From the NCBI GenBank assembly GCA_021129515.1, contig JAJOLD010000001.1, positions 257,217 through 321,216 of the forward strand: a DNA stretch of 64,000 bases. Reading direction: 5' to 3'. Both the position numbers and the translations under genes were made by a program. This DNA is from Minisyncoccota bacterium. GTDB lineage: Bacteria; Patescibacteriota; Minisyncoccia; Phycocordibacterales; UBA918. The notes beneath the pieces are model-generated. The model was not told where the DNA came from and did no database searches. It saw only the letters and a program-made list of their open reading frames with translations. Each line of letters opens with the position of its first letter. The stretch's first letter is position 1. Positions 36,015-45,767 of the stretch are shown here, in pieces.

Positions 36015-36998
36015 TTATTCACCACTTTCAGCCTTCTCCTCAGCGGCACGATGGAGGGCATCCACAATAGCGGTGATGTCGCCTCCCAAGGTCTGCTCAA
36101 TAGTGTGCCACGATTCCTTAATGCGGTGGTCAGTAATGCGGTTTTGTGGGAAGTTGTAGGTGCGAATCTTTTCAGAACGGTCTCCGGTACCAATTTGGCC
36201 GCTCCTCGTATCAGCATGCTTTTTTGCTTCTTCTTCCTCGTGTATCATTTCAAGCTTTGCAGTCAACATACTCATCGCCATTTCACGGTTTTTGAGTTGG
36301 CTGCGGGCTGACGAGCAGCGAACACTGAGCCCGGTTGGCTTATGAATCAGTCGCACGGCGGTTTCAACCTTGTTTACGTTTTGCCCACCAGCGCCACTTG
36401 ATCGTGAAAATTCCATATCAATGTCACCCTGATTGATTTCAATCGATGGCTTTTTGCGCATTGGAAGGATAGCCACTGATGCCGTCGAGGTATGAATACG
36501 TCCAGACTTCTCGGTTGCAGGAATACGCTGTACTCGATGCACGCCAGTTTCATAGCGAAGCGTTTCATACACATCAGCCCCCAAAATTTCAAAGGAAGCT
36601 TCTTTGTATCCACCCTGCCCTGCGCGCGATTCTGAAGTCACGGCATTGCTCCAACCTTTTGTCTCGGCATATCGCAAGTACATTTGTGCAAGCTCTTCAG
36701 CAAAGAGCGCGGCTTCTTCACCACCAGCACCAGCCCGTACTTCAAGCACCACACCATAGGGCTTTGCTTCCTCCTCCTTAGACGCTTCAAGAATTCTATC
36801 CATCTCGGTATACAACCCCTCCATTTGCTCCATGAGTGCTGCAGCCTCTTCTTCTGCAAGCTCGCGCATACTCTCGTCACCCTCTGCCATTTCGAGTGCC
36901 TCTGTGTGCTTTGTTTCAAAATCACTAAACTGGCTCGCCAAAAATTGCGTTTTATGATTTTCCTTAAATGCTGTTAGTTTTTCTTGGTCGAATTCCAT
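36015..36998 (-). CDS. prfA: Peptide chain release factor 1
   Basis: [11 protein letters not shown] (PxT), [21 protein letters not shown]; follows rpmE. Confidence 0.94.
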   Translation of the reverse strand: MEFDQEKLTAFKENHKTQFLASQFSDFETKHTEALEMAEGDESMRELAEEEAAALMEQMEGLYTEMDRILEASKEEEAKPYGVVLEVRAGAGGEEAALFAEELAQMYLRYAETKGWSNAVTSESRAGQGGYKEASFEILGADVYETLRYETGVHRVQRIPATEKSGRIHTSTASVAILPMRKKPSIEINQGDIDMEFSRSSGAGGQNVNKVETAVRLIHKPTGLSVRCSSARSQLKNREMAMSMLTAKLEMIHEEEEAKKHADTRSGQIGTGDRSEKIRTYNFPQNRITDHRIKESWHTIEQTLGGDITAIVDALHRAAEEKAESGE

Positions 36999-37064
36999 AG
37001 TGACTCTATTATTACATACGAAAAACCACCCCGAGGGACTCGAAGTGGTTTTTCATTTGCGTCG

Positions 37065-37340
37065 TTACGCAGCAGCTTTTTTCTTTCGTCCAGCAGCTTT
37101 CTCAGCACGAGCCTTAAAGCGCTCAACACGTCCTGCGGTGTCCATAACCTTCTCGGTACCGGTATAAAACGGATGAGAAGCACTCGACACATCAACGTAC
37201 GCAATTGGGTATTCCTTACCATCGGTCCATTTCTCTGTTGCTTCAGTTGCAATAGTTGAACCAACAAGAAAACGCTCTCCACTTGAGTTGTCGTGGAAAA
37301 TCACCATGCGGTAGGTATCTGGATGTATATCTTTTTTCAT
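37065..37340 (-). CDS. rpmE: 50S ribosomal protein L31, type B (no zinc Cys)
   Basis: [28 protein letters not shown]. Confidence 0.95.
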   Translation of the reverse strand: MKKDIHPDTYRMVIFHDNSSGERFLVGSTIATEATEKWTDGKEYPIAYVDVSSASHPFYTGTEKVMDTAGRVERFKARAEKAAGRKKKAAA

Positions 37341-37480
37341 TGCCGAAACACTATACCAGAACGCATGTATTTGGCAATAGTGGGTTAGTGCTTAGCAACA
37401 ACGACGGAGGCGAAGCCTCCGTCGTTGTCAAAGGCAGCGAAGCTGCCAAAGCTATGTGCCAAGTACTAGGAGCTAGGTGC

Positions 37481-38851
37481 TCATCCACCTCGGAGAATTC
37501 TGATTTCATTTTCTAAGCGCGCCTTCCGCTTCATCACTCCATCACCATACGGTGCATTAACCGGGTTTGAGGCACCACCCCAGCCTGCAAAGTACCGCAG
37601 CGCCGCGAGTCGCTCTGCTGCATAGGTCCCTGCAGCTGCGCCATTGTCGCGCATCAAGAGTGCAGTTGCCATGAAGGCGTCCTGATTATTAAATGGATTT
37701 GATGGGCTTGCCTTACCCGTTCGACTGCGAATCATGTCGCTCCCCTTTTCATACACCCAACCTCCACTGCCATCACGCACAATACCGCCGTACATTGCCC
37801 AGGTTGATGGAATAAATTGCGATGGTCCCATAGCGCCACCCCAGCCGAGACGCTCGCCACTTCGAATCCATGGACACGAGACTTGCTGTGAACGTGGGTC
37901 AAATCCAAGAATTTTTGCAATCTCTATAAACACGGGCTGGTCACGGTCAGGCTTCATAACCGCACGTCCTTGCACAATATCATCATAGACACACGAACCG
38001 ATATTCGAACCGTACGCTGACTCTTGTTCGAGAATTGCGAGCACCAATGCAGGTGCGACCCCTGTTTGTCCACCAGCGAACTCTGCAAGTCCTACCGCCT
38101 CTGGAAATGGAATTGCCCCACCACCACCAGAAAGGTCGAAGAGTGCTGCCCTAAGCTGTGACGCGGTCTTCTGTTGTGACTCCAAAAGCTGTTTGTATTC
38201 CGATTCTTGCCCGCGTGTCACGGTGAGAATTTCTTCCTTTTTTGCTTCCTGTACTTCAATCTCCTTTTTTTCAACTTCTTGCAGTCGCTTCATTTCAGCT
38301 TCTGAAAGCTGTTTATCCTCAAGCGCATCGCGTTGCTCCTTCGTATCGATGCGTATTTCCTTGAGCAGGTGCACCGACTCATTGAGTGATGACTTAATCG
38401 ACTGAAAGCTCTCCAAATCTTCAAAAAACTCAGAAAACTTCTCTTTTCCCAAAATTACTTCAGCAAGGGAATAATCATCAATCTCTTGTGTTTTTCGAAT
38501 AAGCTGTGCAAGCGATTGGCGCTGTTTATCGAGTCGATCGTTAAGTTCCACAATCACCCCTTCCTTATCAACAATTTGGTCACCCAGCTGCGCAATAGCT
38601 ACATTACGTGCCTTAATACCGAGACGTGCTTTTTCAATTTCCGCATCAAGAAGTGCAACATCGCGCTCAAGCGACTGTCGCTCACGGGTGGTATCCTCCA
38701 CCAATACCTGCTGTTTGAGAATTTGCCGCTCTACATTTTGAAGCTCAAGCTCAAGTCGAGCCTTTCGTTCTTCTGCTGTTTCAGCATAGACAAAGTCAAC
38801 TGACAACATCAGCAAAGCAGCGAGGGTGAGTAATGCAAATCCGTTTCTCAT
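37481..38851 (-). CDS. Secreted coiled-coil protein with lytic transglycosylase (SLT-like) domain
   Basis: Signal peptide, long coiled coil, AILEQES, GAMGPSQFIPSTW, NPFNNQDA. Confidence 0.88.
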   Translation of the reverse strand: MRNGFALLTLAALLMLSVDFVYAETAEERKARLELELQNVERQILKQQVLVEDTTRERQSLERDVALLDAEIEKARLGIKARNVAIAQLGDQIVDKEGVIVELNDRLDKQRQSLAQLIRKTQEIDDYSLAEVILGKEKFSEFFEDLESFQSIKSSLNESVHLLKEIRIDTKEQRDALEDKQLSEAEMKRLQEVEKKEIEVQEAKKEEILTVTRGQESEYKQLLESQQKTASQLRAALFDLSGGGGAIPFPEAVGLAEFAGGQTGVAPALVLAILEQESAYGSNIGSCVYDDIVQGRAVMKPDRDQPVFIEIAKILGFDPRSQQVSCPWIRSGERLGWGGAMGPSQFIPSTWAMYGGIVRDGSGGWVYEKGSDMIRSRTGKASPSNPFNNQDAFMATALLMRDNGAAAGTYAAERLAALRYFAGWGGASNPVNAPYGDGVMKRKARLENEIRILRGG

Positions 38852-38987
38852 ACGTGTTATGAGGGATATTATACCGTGGTTTAGCACTTAGTACACAGCG
38901 CTTAGTACTCAATACGAAACAACTCCAAGGACAAATGTCCTTGGAGTTGTTTCTCAGTGCTAGAAGCTCAAGACTCGGTGCCAAAAA

Positions 38988-39635
38988 CTATTCAGCTGCA
39001 GCCTCTCCTTCAGCATCCTCACCTTTTCCTTTCTGTTCTACTTCGATAGCATCCATATCTACTGCTGCGGTTTCTTCTTCCGCTTCTTCAACCGCCTGTA
39101 CAACTGAAGCAACTGTATCGTCAGGACTGTTGTTCACGGTTACCCCTTCACCAATTGGGAGATCTTTTACGTGGATTGCCGCACCATAATCCTCAAGTAC
39201 TGACACATCAACCGTGATATGCGCAGGAAGATTACTCGGCCGACAGGTCACCTCAACATCATGGAGCACTTTCACCAAACTACCACCCTGCTTCACTGCA
39301 GGTGCTTCACCCACAAACTCAAGTGGTACATTTGTGGTGAGTTCCTTACCACGCTCAATCGCGTAGAAGTCTACGTGTGATACACCGCCCTTCACCGGGT
39401 CAAATGCAACATCCTGGATGAGCACTTCTTTGTCTTCATCAAGTCCCTTGAGGGTGATGATGCTTGCTTCTCCGGCAGTACGGAGTAGTTTTTCAAATGT
39501 CAGTGCATCAATCGCAATCTTGGTACTTTCTTCTTTTGCACCATAGAGTACTGCAGGCACGTTACCCTCTGCACGAAGTGCTGCATTCGCTTTTCCTGTA
39601 GTTTCACGCTTTGTTACTGCAAGTGTGGTTGTCAT
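38988..39635 (-). CDS. rplY: 50S ribosomal protein L25 (Ctc/TL5 long form)
   Basis: LRAEGNVPAVLYG, HVDFY, VPLEFVGEAPAVKQGG. Confidence 0.96.
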   Translation of the reverse strand: MTTTLAVTKRETTGKANAALRAEGNVPAVLYGAKEESTKIAIDALTFEKLLRTAGEASIITLKGLDEDKEVLIQDVAFDPVKGGVSHVDFYAIERGKELTTNVPLEFVGEAPAVKQGGSLVKVLHDVEVTCRPSNLPAHITVDVSVLEDYGAAIHVKDLPIGEGVTVNNSPDDTVASVVQAVEEAEEETAAVDMDAIEVEQKGKGEDAEGEAAAE

Positions 39636-39961
39636 AATAAAATTATTAATATCTTTGGGCTAAAAGCCTTGTTTGGTAAGTCAACTCCTTATAATAGAAA
39701 CACTGAACTTCTTTCAAAAGTAGCGCATTTGCACTAGTTTCAAAATTTTTTTCCATCGCCGTATGGCAAAGATACGTCTTAGTCGCAAAATCTTTCCAAC
39801 CAGCACACCTGCATCAACTTTTGAAAGAAGTCTAAACGTCAGCGGTATAGAGTCGCGGACTACAATACCACACATATATGATTTCTCAACTCCTGAGAGC
39901 GGTTGACATGTCATCAAGTTGTTGTATTATTTCTCCACCTTAACGAAACGGGAGTTCTTTG

Positions 39962-40189
39962 ATGGCAATACCGAAGCATATAATACGCAAAGTACTTGCA
40001 TTGATACTGTCAATGTTTTTCTTGAGTACACTAGCCGTTTCAATAGCCCTAGTCTGGCCTCAACAAGCTACTGCCGATCCTCTGGATGCATATCGCTGCT
40101 CAGACAAAGACGGTCAAGTTCGATACAGCAGTGATTGCCCAGGGATAGACAAACGAAAGCAAGCAGCTGCAAAACAAAAAAAGAAGTAG
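39962..40189 (+). CDS. Small secreted or anchored protein with DUF4124-like motif
   Basis: Signal/TM then YRCSDKDGQVRYSSDCP; GGGAG SD; TTGACA-16-TATTAT promoter; hairpin downstream. Confidence 0.7.
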   Translation: MAIPKHIIRKVLALILSMFFLSTLAVSIALVWPQQATADPLDAYRCSDKDGQVRYSSDCPGIDKRKQAAAKQKKK

Positions 40190-40260
40190 CACCATACCCC
40201 GAAAAAGGCCCGCACAAGCGGGCCTTCCTTATACTCTATGCGCATTCTAAAGACGCACAC

Positions 40261-41229
40261 TTACGACACCACATTCTGTGGCGTATCCCCTGCCAAATGG
40301 TCAATAACATTTTGCGCAGCCATTTCAGACATCTTGCCTCGCGTCTCTTCTGTTGCTGAGGCAATATGCGGTGTGATAACCACATTGTCGAGGTCTGCAA
40401 GCCCCTTTGCAAGCGCCGGTTCGTCTTCATACACATCGAGCCCCGCCGCACGAATTACTTTGTCTTTCAATGCTTTCACGAGCGCCTTTTCGTCAACCAC
40501 TGGACCACGTGAGGTGTTAATCAAAATCGCACCTTCTTTCATCATTGCGAGTCGGTCCTCATTAATGAGGTGTGTAGTTGATTCAAGGAGTGGTACATGC
40601 ACCGTCACAATATCCGCTTCTTTAAGCACCTCATCTACCGTTTCTTTAAACGTACAATCAATTTCTTTTTCAAGATGCTCATTCGGCTTGATGTCGTAGT
40701 AGATAACATCCATATCAAATGCTTTCTTTGCACGTGTTGCCACACCAGAACCAATACGCCCAGCACCCAAGACACCAAGTGTCTTGCCTTTCATATCGCT
40801 ACCAAGCAGCAATTCAGGTGCCCAGCCATCGTACTTCCCCGCGCGTGTGAACCGATCTGCTTCTGGAATACACTTTGCCGTTGCAAGGATAAGCGAAAGC
40901 GCATACTCAGCGACCGTATCCGTGAGTACGCCTGGTGTGTTGGTGATGGTCACCCCACGCTCACGCGCTGCATCAAGATCAATGTTGTTATACCCCACTG
41001 CATAGTTTGCAAAAATCTTTGCGCTAGGTGCTGCATCAAATACGTCTCCATCAATCGTGTCAGTCAGGAGTGAGAGCACCGCGTCATACGGTTTCGTATC
41101 AAGCGCGGTCAACAATTCATCACGAGTGAGCACGCCATCTTTCTGACTCACATCTACTTCATGTCCCGCTGCACGCAACAGGTTAATACCAATATCAGGA
41201 ATTTTCCGCGTTACAAAAACAAGTGCCAT
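40261..41229 (-). CDS. D-glycerate dehydrogenase / glyoxylate reductase family
   Basis: VGYNNID, NTPGVLT, GAGRIG, INTSRG, GLDVYEDEP, TPHIAS. Confidence 0.92.
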   Translation of the reverse strand: MALVFVTRKIPDIGINLLRAAGHEVDVSQKDGVLTRDELLTALDTKPYDAVLSLLTDTIDGDVFDAAPSAKIFANYAVGYNNIDLDAARERGVTITNTPGVLTDTVAEYALSLILATAKCIPEADRFTRAGKYDGWAPELLLGSDMKGKTLGVLGAGRIGSGVATRAKKAFDMDVIYYDIKPNEHLEKEIDCTFKETVDEVLKEADIVTVHVPLLESTTHLINEDRLAMMKEGAILINTSRGPVVDEKALVKALKDKVIRAAGLDVYEDEPALAKGLADLDNVVITPHIASATEETRGKMSEMAAQNVIDHLAGDTPQNVVS

Positions 41230-41293
41230 ATACAATATCAATAATTATCTGATTACACCCAATAATACCATGCACACGCAGCAAAATAGGCGA

Positions 41294-41726
41294 GAACCAG
41301 TTTGAAAAGACTCGGAGTACAAAGATTTCAAAAATTCGAGCAGAAAAACATATAAAATTTCGTCTCTTACTGAGACCGTTTAGGTTGACGCCGCTCACGC
41401 GGCTGGCAACCTCTTGCGCCAGTACGTAGGTACTGGCTCACCATATCGAGATACAGTGATAAGTTCCGAGGGAACTTTGCAAGACCTTTAGAGATATTTT
41501 GACGAAGGAGAAATATCCTAAAGGTGTACCGCTTCCGTAGGAAGAGAAGATTTTAGAAGTTTTATCTCTTACAGATACTGTGCAGGTCGTATGATAATGT
41601 TCGTTCCTCACACTATCGACGACCTCTTGCGAACGTGTCTGTACACGTTTTCACCGAATTTTGGGAATCGACTACCCGAAACAGTTCTTCACTTAAATTT
41701 CACTGTATGGGTTTTTAAACTGGTTC
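41294..41726. mobile_element. Expanded MITE of the GAACCAGT family carrying three structured modules
   Basis: Ends GAACCAGTTTGAAAA / TTTTTAAACTGGTTC; subterminal GGAGTACAAAGATTT and GAATCGACTACCCGAAACAGTT match 24160-24270. Confidence 0.75.
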
Positions 41727-41747
41727 TCAGTGCTATACTTTGTGCAT

Positions 41748-42749
41748 ATGTCACAACAATATGATTTTGTCGCACTTGGCGATATCGTTGTCGATGCGTT
41801 TATCGAACTCGACAAAGATCAGGCTGATGTCTCAGTCGACCTCGATACTGGTCGAAAGACCCTCGAAATGTCTTTTGGAAATAAACTACCCTATAAGGAT
41901 GTCACCGTCGTAAATGCAGTGGGCAACTCACCAAATGCCTCAATCTCTGCATATCGACTCGGACTGCGCTCAGCGCTCGTTACTAACCTTGGACACAATC
42001 GCAATGGGAGGGACTGTCTCGACCAACTCCGCAGTGAAGGTGTTGATACAGACTATGTCAAAGTGCATGAAGGTAAAGAAACCAATTACCACTATGTACT
42101 TCGCTACGGTCCCGAGCGAACCATCCTTATCAATCATGAGACCTATCCGTACCTGCTCCCCGATTTTGGCGTTGCACCGAAGTTTATGTACTTCTCCTCT
42201 ATTGGTGAGAATGGTGTTGATTTCCATCACGACGTCGCAGACTTCATACGCGACAACGAAACCAAGCTCGCCTTCCAACCCGGAACCTTCCAAATTCGCC
42301 TCGGGTACGAAAAAATAAAAGACCTCTACGAACAAACTGAAATCTTCTTCTGCAACAAAGAAGAGGCGCAGAGTATCCTAAAGACTGAAGAGCAGAGTAT
42401 TCCGGTACTCCTTCGAGAATTCAAAAAACTCGGTCCAAATATTCCAGTGATTACCGACGGACCAAACGGTGCGTTTGCGCTTGATGGTGAAGAAATCTGG
42501 TTCATGCCTATGCACCCAGACCCAGCTCCACCAGTCGACCGCACTGGTGCAGGTGACTCATTCTCGTCTACCTTCACTGCAGCGATTATCCGTGGCGAGG
42601 ATGTAAAGACCGCACTCTCATGGGGACCAATCAACTCCATGTCAGTGGTACAACACATCGGTGCACAAAAGGGTCTCGTCACCAAAGACCAACTCGATGA
42701 ATACCTTAAAGTCGCACCACCCGAATACAAATTGCAGCAGGTTGAATAA
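41748..42749 (+). CDS. PfkB-family carbohydrate kinase
   Basis: CNKEEA, ITDGPNGA, DRTGAGDSFSS. Confidence 0.92.
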   Translation: MSQQYDFVALGDIVVDAFIELDKDQADVSVDLDTGRKTLEMSFGNKLPYKDVTVVNAVGNSPNASISAYRLGLRSALVTNLGHNRNGRDCLDQLRSEGVDTDYVKVHEGKETNYHYVLRYGPERTILINHETYPYLLPDFGVAPKFMYFSSIGENGVDFHHDVADFIRDNETKLAFQPGTFQIRLGYEKIKDLYEQTEIFFCNKEEAQSILKTEEQSIPVLLREFKKLGPNIPVITDGPNGAFALDGEEIWFMPMHPDPAPPVDRTGAGDSFSSTFTAAIIRGEDVKTALSWGPINSMSVVQHIGAQKGLVTKDQLDEYLKVAPPEYKLQQVE

Positions 42750-42751
42750 CC

Positions 42752-42790
42752 ACACAAAAAGCACCCGATTCAATCGGGTGCTTTTTGTGT
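42752..42790 (+). terminator. Terminator after pfkB-family gene
   Basis: ACACAAAAAGCACCCGA-TTCAA-TCGGGTGCTTTTTGTGT. Confidence 0.75.
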
Positions 42791-42932
42791 TATGTAAACT
42801 ACCCTGTCCCAAGAGCACAAAGCATTTGCCGTTGTATTCTTGGGACAGGGTAGTTTGCGAACTGTAGATGTCGCCTCCTCGACAGCTATTTAATCAGCCT
42901 GATTCATCTCCGATCACAAGCTCGGGGCGTTC

Positions 42933-43440
42933 TTAGGCAGTACTCGTAAACATTCTCCGCAAGAAAACCTCTACCTGTTCTTTTAAGCAATCAAACTCAA
43001 CCTCAACAGCACGTGGTCGTGCAGTAATTAACGCAAGGTTGTACATTGCAAATTCTTGAGGCGTAAAACTCTCATAATCATCTAGTTGCTGTTCACCAAA
43101 TATATCAAGAAGCCACTCAGCATATACGTGCTTCTCAGTAGGCGTTGGATGCAAACCATTGTTTTCTATAAAAAATGTGAGGCTGAATGTTGCAAGACGT
43201 TTATTTCCATTAAAAAAATAATGTCCGCTGTTCACATATAGGAAGAGGGCTGTAGCTTTTGCATATATCAGGATAAAATGAGTCATCTTTTATCCGCTCG
43301 ATAAGCGTCAAATAATCATCGATACCACCTTCTTCTTCGTCGTATCGAGGCACTTCCTCATCATGCACATACTCAAAGTTCTGAATGATGTCGACAATGA
43401 CAATAAGGTCTTCAGGAGTGATGTATTTAATGTCGGACAT
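42933..43440 (-). pseudogene. Doc/Fic-family toxin, frameshifted in a TA repeat
   Basis: HYFFNGNKRLA Fic/Doc motif; ORFs 43210-43440 and 42933-43286 join as FYPDIYAKATAL if TA is added near 43263-43268. Confidence 0.8.
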
Positions 43441-43443
43441 ATA

Positions 43444-43599
43444 CTAGGTGCTGCCAAGACGCTTAATAGCGTTACCATAGTTTTTCTTCACACGCTTATA
43501 TACACCGGCAATCTGCCCTTTGCGGTTTTGTTTCGTTGTACGCTGTCTGATTGCGTAATATTTATCGGTTGCCGGGTTGTGAATTCGCTTCCGAGTCAT
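43444..43599 (-). CDS. 51 aa basic protein, putative antitoxin of the Doc/Fic gene
   Basis: Manual translation MTRKRIHNPATDKYYAIRQRTTKQNRKGQIAGVYKRVKKNYGNAIKRLGST, ending 3 nt before the toxin start. Confidence 0.6.
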   Translation of the reverse strand: MTRKRIHNPATDKYYAIRQRTTKQNRKGQIAGVYKRVKKNYGNAIKRLGST

Positions 43600-43796
43600 A
43601 CATAAACTGCATCAAAATTGTATAGTGAAGCAAAGTATCCTTGTGAAAATATCAAAGTAATAGTATGAAGTTACATTATATCATACCACTGCTCAGGCAC
43701 TGTGCGGTCTGTTACTCCAATAAAAAGCAGCGGTGGAGACACCGCTGCTTTTTCATAATCTGTTTTTATCTAAATACTCATTCTGAATACTCCTCA

Positions 43797-44783
43797 CTAC
43801 CCTGCTACTTTCTTCACCGTTTCAATAATGGTCTTTGTATCCATGCCATAGTGCGCAATAAGTTCATCAGGGTCTCCCGATTGTCCGAACTTATCATGAA
43901 CACCAAGCTTCACCACGCGGGTTGGGCGTTCCTCTGAGAGGTATTCAGACACTGCTGACCCCACACCACCTGCAACCTGATGTTCTTCTACCGTCACTAA
44001 TGCATCGTGCTCTTCTGCAAAGGCTTTGATTGCTTCCGTATCAAGTGGCTTAATCGTCGCAAGGTTCATCACTGACACGCCAATACCCTGTTCATTGAGT
44101 TGCTTACCTGCCATGAGTGCATTATGGAGTACCACTCCACAAGAAATAATACCCACTTTCTTTGCATGTGTACCATCACGCCGCATATACACCTCAGCTT
44201 TGCCAATAGCAAACGGTGAACCTGGTGTCGTCACCACCGGCACTCCCTCACGTGCGAGGCGAATATATACCGGTCCTTCATGCTCAGCAGCTGCGAGTGT
44301 AGCTCTCCGTGCTTCATGCACATCACACGGTACCAAGACAGTCATACGTGGTACCACACGCATAATTGCAATGTCCTCAATCGCCTGGTGCGTTGCTCCA
44401 TCAGGACCAACCGACACCCCCGAGTGTGCACCAATAATCTTCACATTCGCATTGTTATACGCAATCGTGGTGCGTACTTGCTCCCAGCTACGCCCTGGAG
44501 AAAACATCGCATACGACGCAATAAACGGAATCTTGCCCATGGCAGCCATACCCGACGCCACCGACGCCATAGACTGCTCACCAATACCTACCTGCACAAA
44601 TCGATCAGGGAAGGCGTCTGCAAAAATGTTTGTGCGTGTTGAACCAGTGAGGTCAGCAGAGAGCGCCACGACACGCTCGTCCTTCTCACCCGCTTCTTTG
44701 AGCCCCTCACCATACCCGTTACGGTTTGGTACCCGCTCAATGTTGTCATCAAAAATATTTGGATTTATATGGTCTGGTGTCAT
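43797..44783 (-). CDS. Transketolase, C-terminal subunit
   Basis: LSADLTGS, GIGEQSM, GPDGATHQ, GPVYIRL, VEEHQ, FGQSG. Confidence 0.95.
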   Translation of the reverse strand: MTPDHINPNIFDDNIERVPNRNGYGEGLKEAGEKDERVVALSADLTGSTRTNIFADAFPDRFVQVGIGEQSMASVASGMAAMGKIPFIASYAMFSPGRSWEQVRTTIAYNNANVKIIGAHSGVSVGPDGATHQAIEDIAIMRVVPRMTVLVPCDVHEARRATLAAAEHEGPVYIRLAREGVPVVTTPGSPFAIGKAEVYMRRDGTHAKKVGIISCGVVLHNALMAGKQLNEQGIGVSVMNLATIKPLDTEAIKAFAEEHDALVTVEEHQVAGGVGSAVSEYLSEERPTRVVKLGVHDKFGQSGDPDELIAHYGMDTKTIIETVKKVAG

Positions 44784-44784
44784 A

Positions 44785-45675
44785 TTATGCTCCTGGCTTA
44801 ATCTGGCCTCCTAACGTACGAAGTCGACGCAATGCTTCGTCTGCCTGTTCTCCCTTTGGCACTCGTTCTTCAGGCCCCTTGCCCGGAGGATTACCGTGCC
44901 ACCTAAAGTCGCGCTCAAAAACATCAACCCCCTTCGATGGGATCGTGTGTGCAATAATCACCGAGGGTTGACTATATACCGCTTGTGCCTTTCCGATCGC
45001 ATCGTTTACCGACCGAATGTTGTGTCCATCTACCTCCTGCACATCCCAGTTAAAGGCAGCCAGCTTTTCCGCGAGTGGTTCAAGCGGCATCACATCTTTC
45101 GTGTATCCATCAATCTGAATACCGTTGCGGTCTACTATCACAATAAGGTTATGGAGCTTCTCCTTGCCGGCATGCATAAACGCCTCCCACATCTGCCCAG
45201 CATTGATTTCCCCATCACCCGTGAGGCAGTAGAAATACCTTGAGGAGTACGGATTCTCCATACGCTCCGCAATCGCCATACCGACGGCTTGTGAGAGTCC
45301 TGAGCCCAAGGGACCAGAACTTGTTTCAATACCCGGCAATACTTCTCGGTGTGGATGTCCCTGAAGACGCGTACCAAACTTGCGCAAGGTCAACAACTCT
45401 TCTTCCGGGAAATACCCTGCATGTGCCATAGTAGCGTAAAGCACCGGGCAAATATGCCCGTTTGAGAGAATCAGCCGGTCACGCTCTTCCCAAAAGGGAT
45501 TCTTAGGGTCGTGTTTTAATACTTCAAAATAGAGGAGGGTAAAGATATCTGCCATGCCCAAAGGCCCAGCGGTGTGTCCACTTTTAGCCTCAAAGAGCAT
45601 CTCGATAATACTTTGACGAATCTCATTCGCTTTCGCTTCAAGCTCATGAACCTCCGCGTCGGTAAGATAGTGCAT
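44785..45675 (-). CDS. Transketolase, N-terminal subunit
   Basis: SGHTAG, DRLILSNGH, LQGHP, SGPLGSG, GDGE, WHG. Confidence 0.95.
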   Translation of the reverse strand: MHYLTDAEVHELEAKANEIRQSIIEMLFEAKSGHTAGPLGMADIFTLLYFEVLKHDPKNPFWEERDRLILSNGHICPVLYATMAHAGYFPEEELLTLRKFGTRLQGHPHREVLPGIETSSGPLGSGLSQAVGMAIAERMENPYSSRYFYCLTGDGEINAGQMWEAFMHAGKEKLHNLIVIVDRNGIQIDGYTKDVMPLEPLAEKLAAFNWDVQEVDGHNIRSVNDAIGKAQAVYSQPSVIIAHTIPSKGVDVFERDFRWHGNPPGKGPEERVPKGEQADEALRRLRTLGGQIKPGA

Positions 45676-45767
45676 ATGCCTTAAGTATATAGTATGAGAA
45701 GCAAGTATGAGTATGATGATGTTAAAAACACAAGACCGGTCAACTGGACCGGTCTTCATCAGATGTG

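Noticed and set aside
39714..39917. 67 aa ORF upstream of rplY
   Set aside because: No motif, and its start overlaps the promoter of the opposite-strand gene; cannot be supported
41362..41442. Hammerhead ribozyme
   Set aside because: Three-stem layout, but CUGANGA and GAAA core sequences are absent on both strands
41294..41726. CRISPR array or integron attC array
   Set aside because: No identical direct repeats with unique spacers, no cas or integrase gene, and no gene cassettes between modules
44026..44814. Long antisense ORFs (also 59208-59858, 29814-30467, 22083-22694, 3370-3963 and similar)
   Set aside because: Shadow frames opposite well-supported genes
43797..45675. Split transketolase as a frameshift
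   Set aside because: Two-subunit transketolases are well known; both ORFs have clean stops and starts
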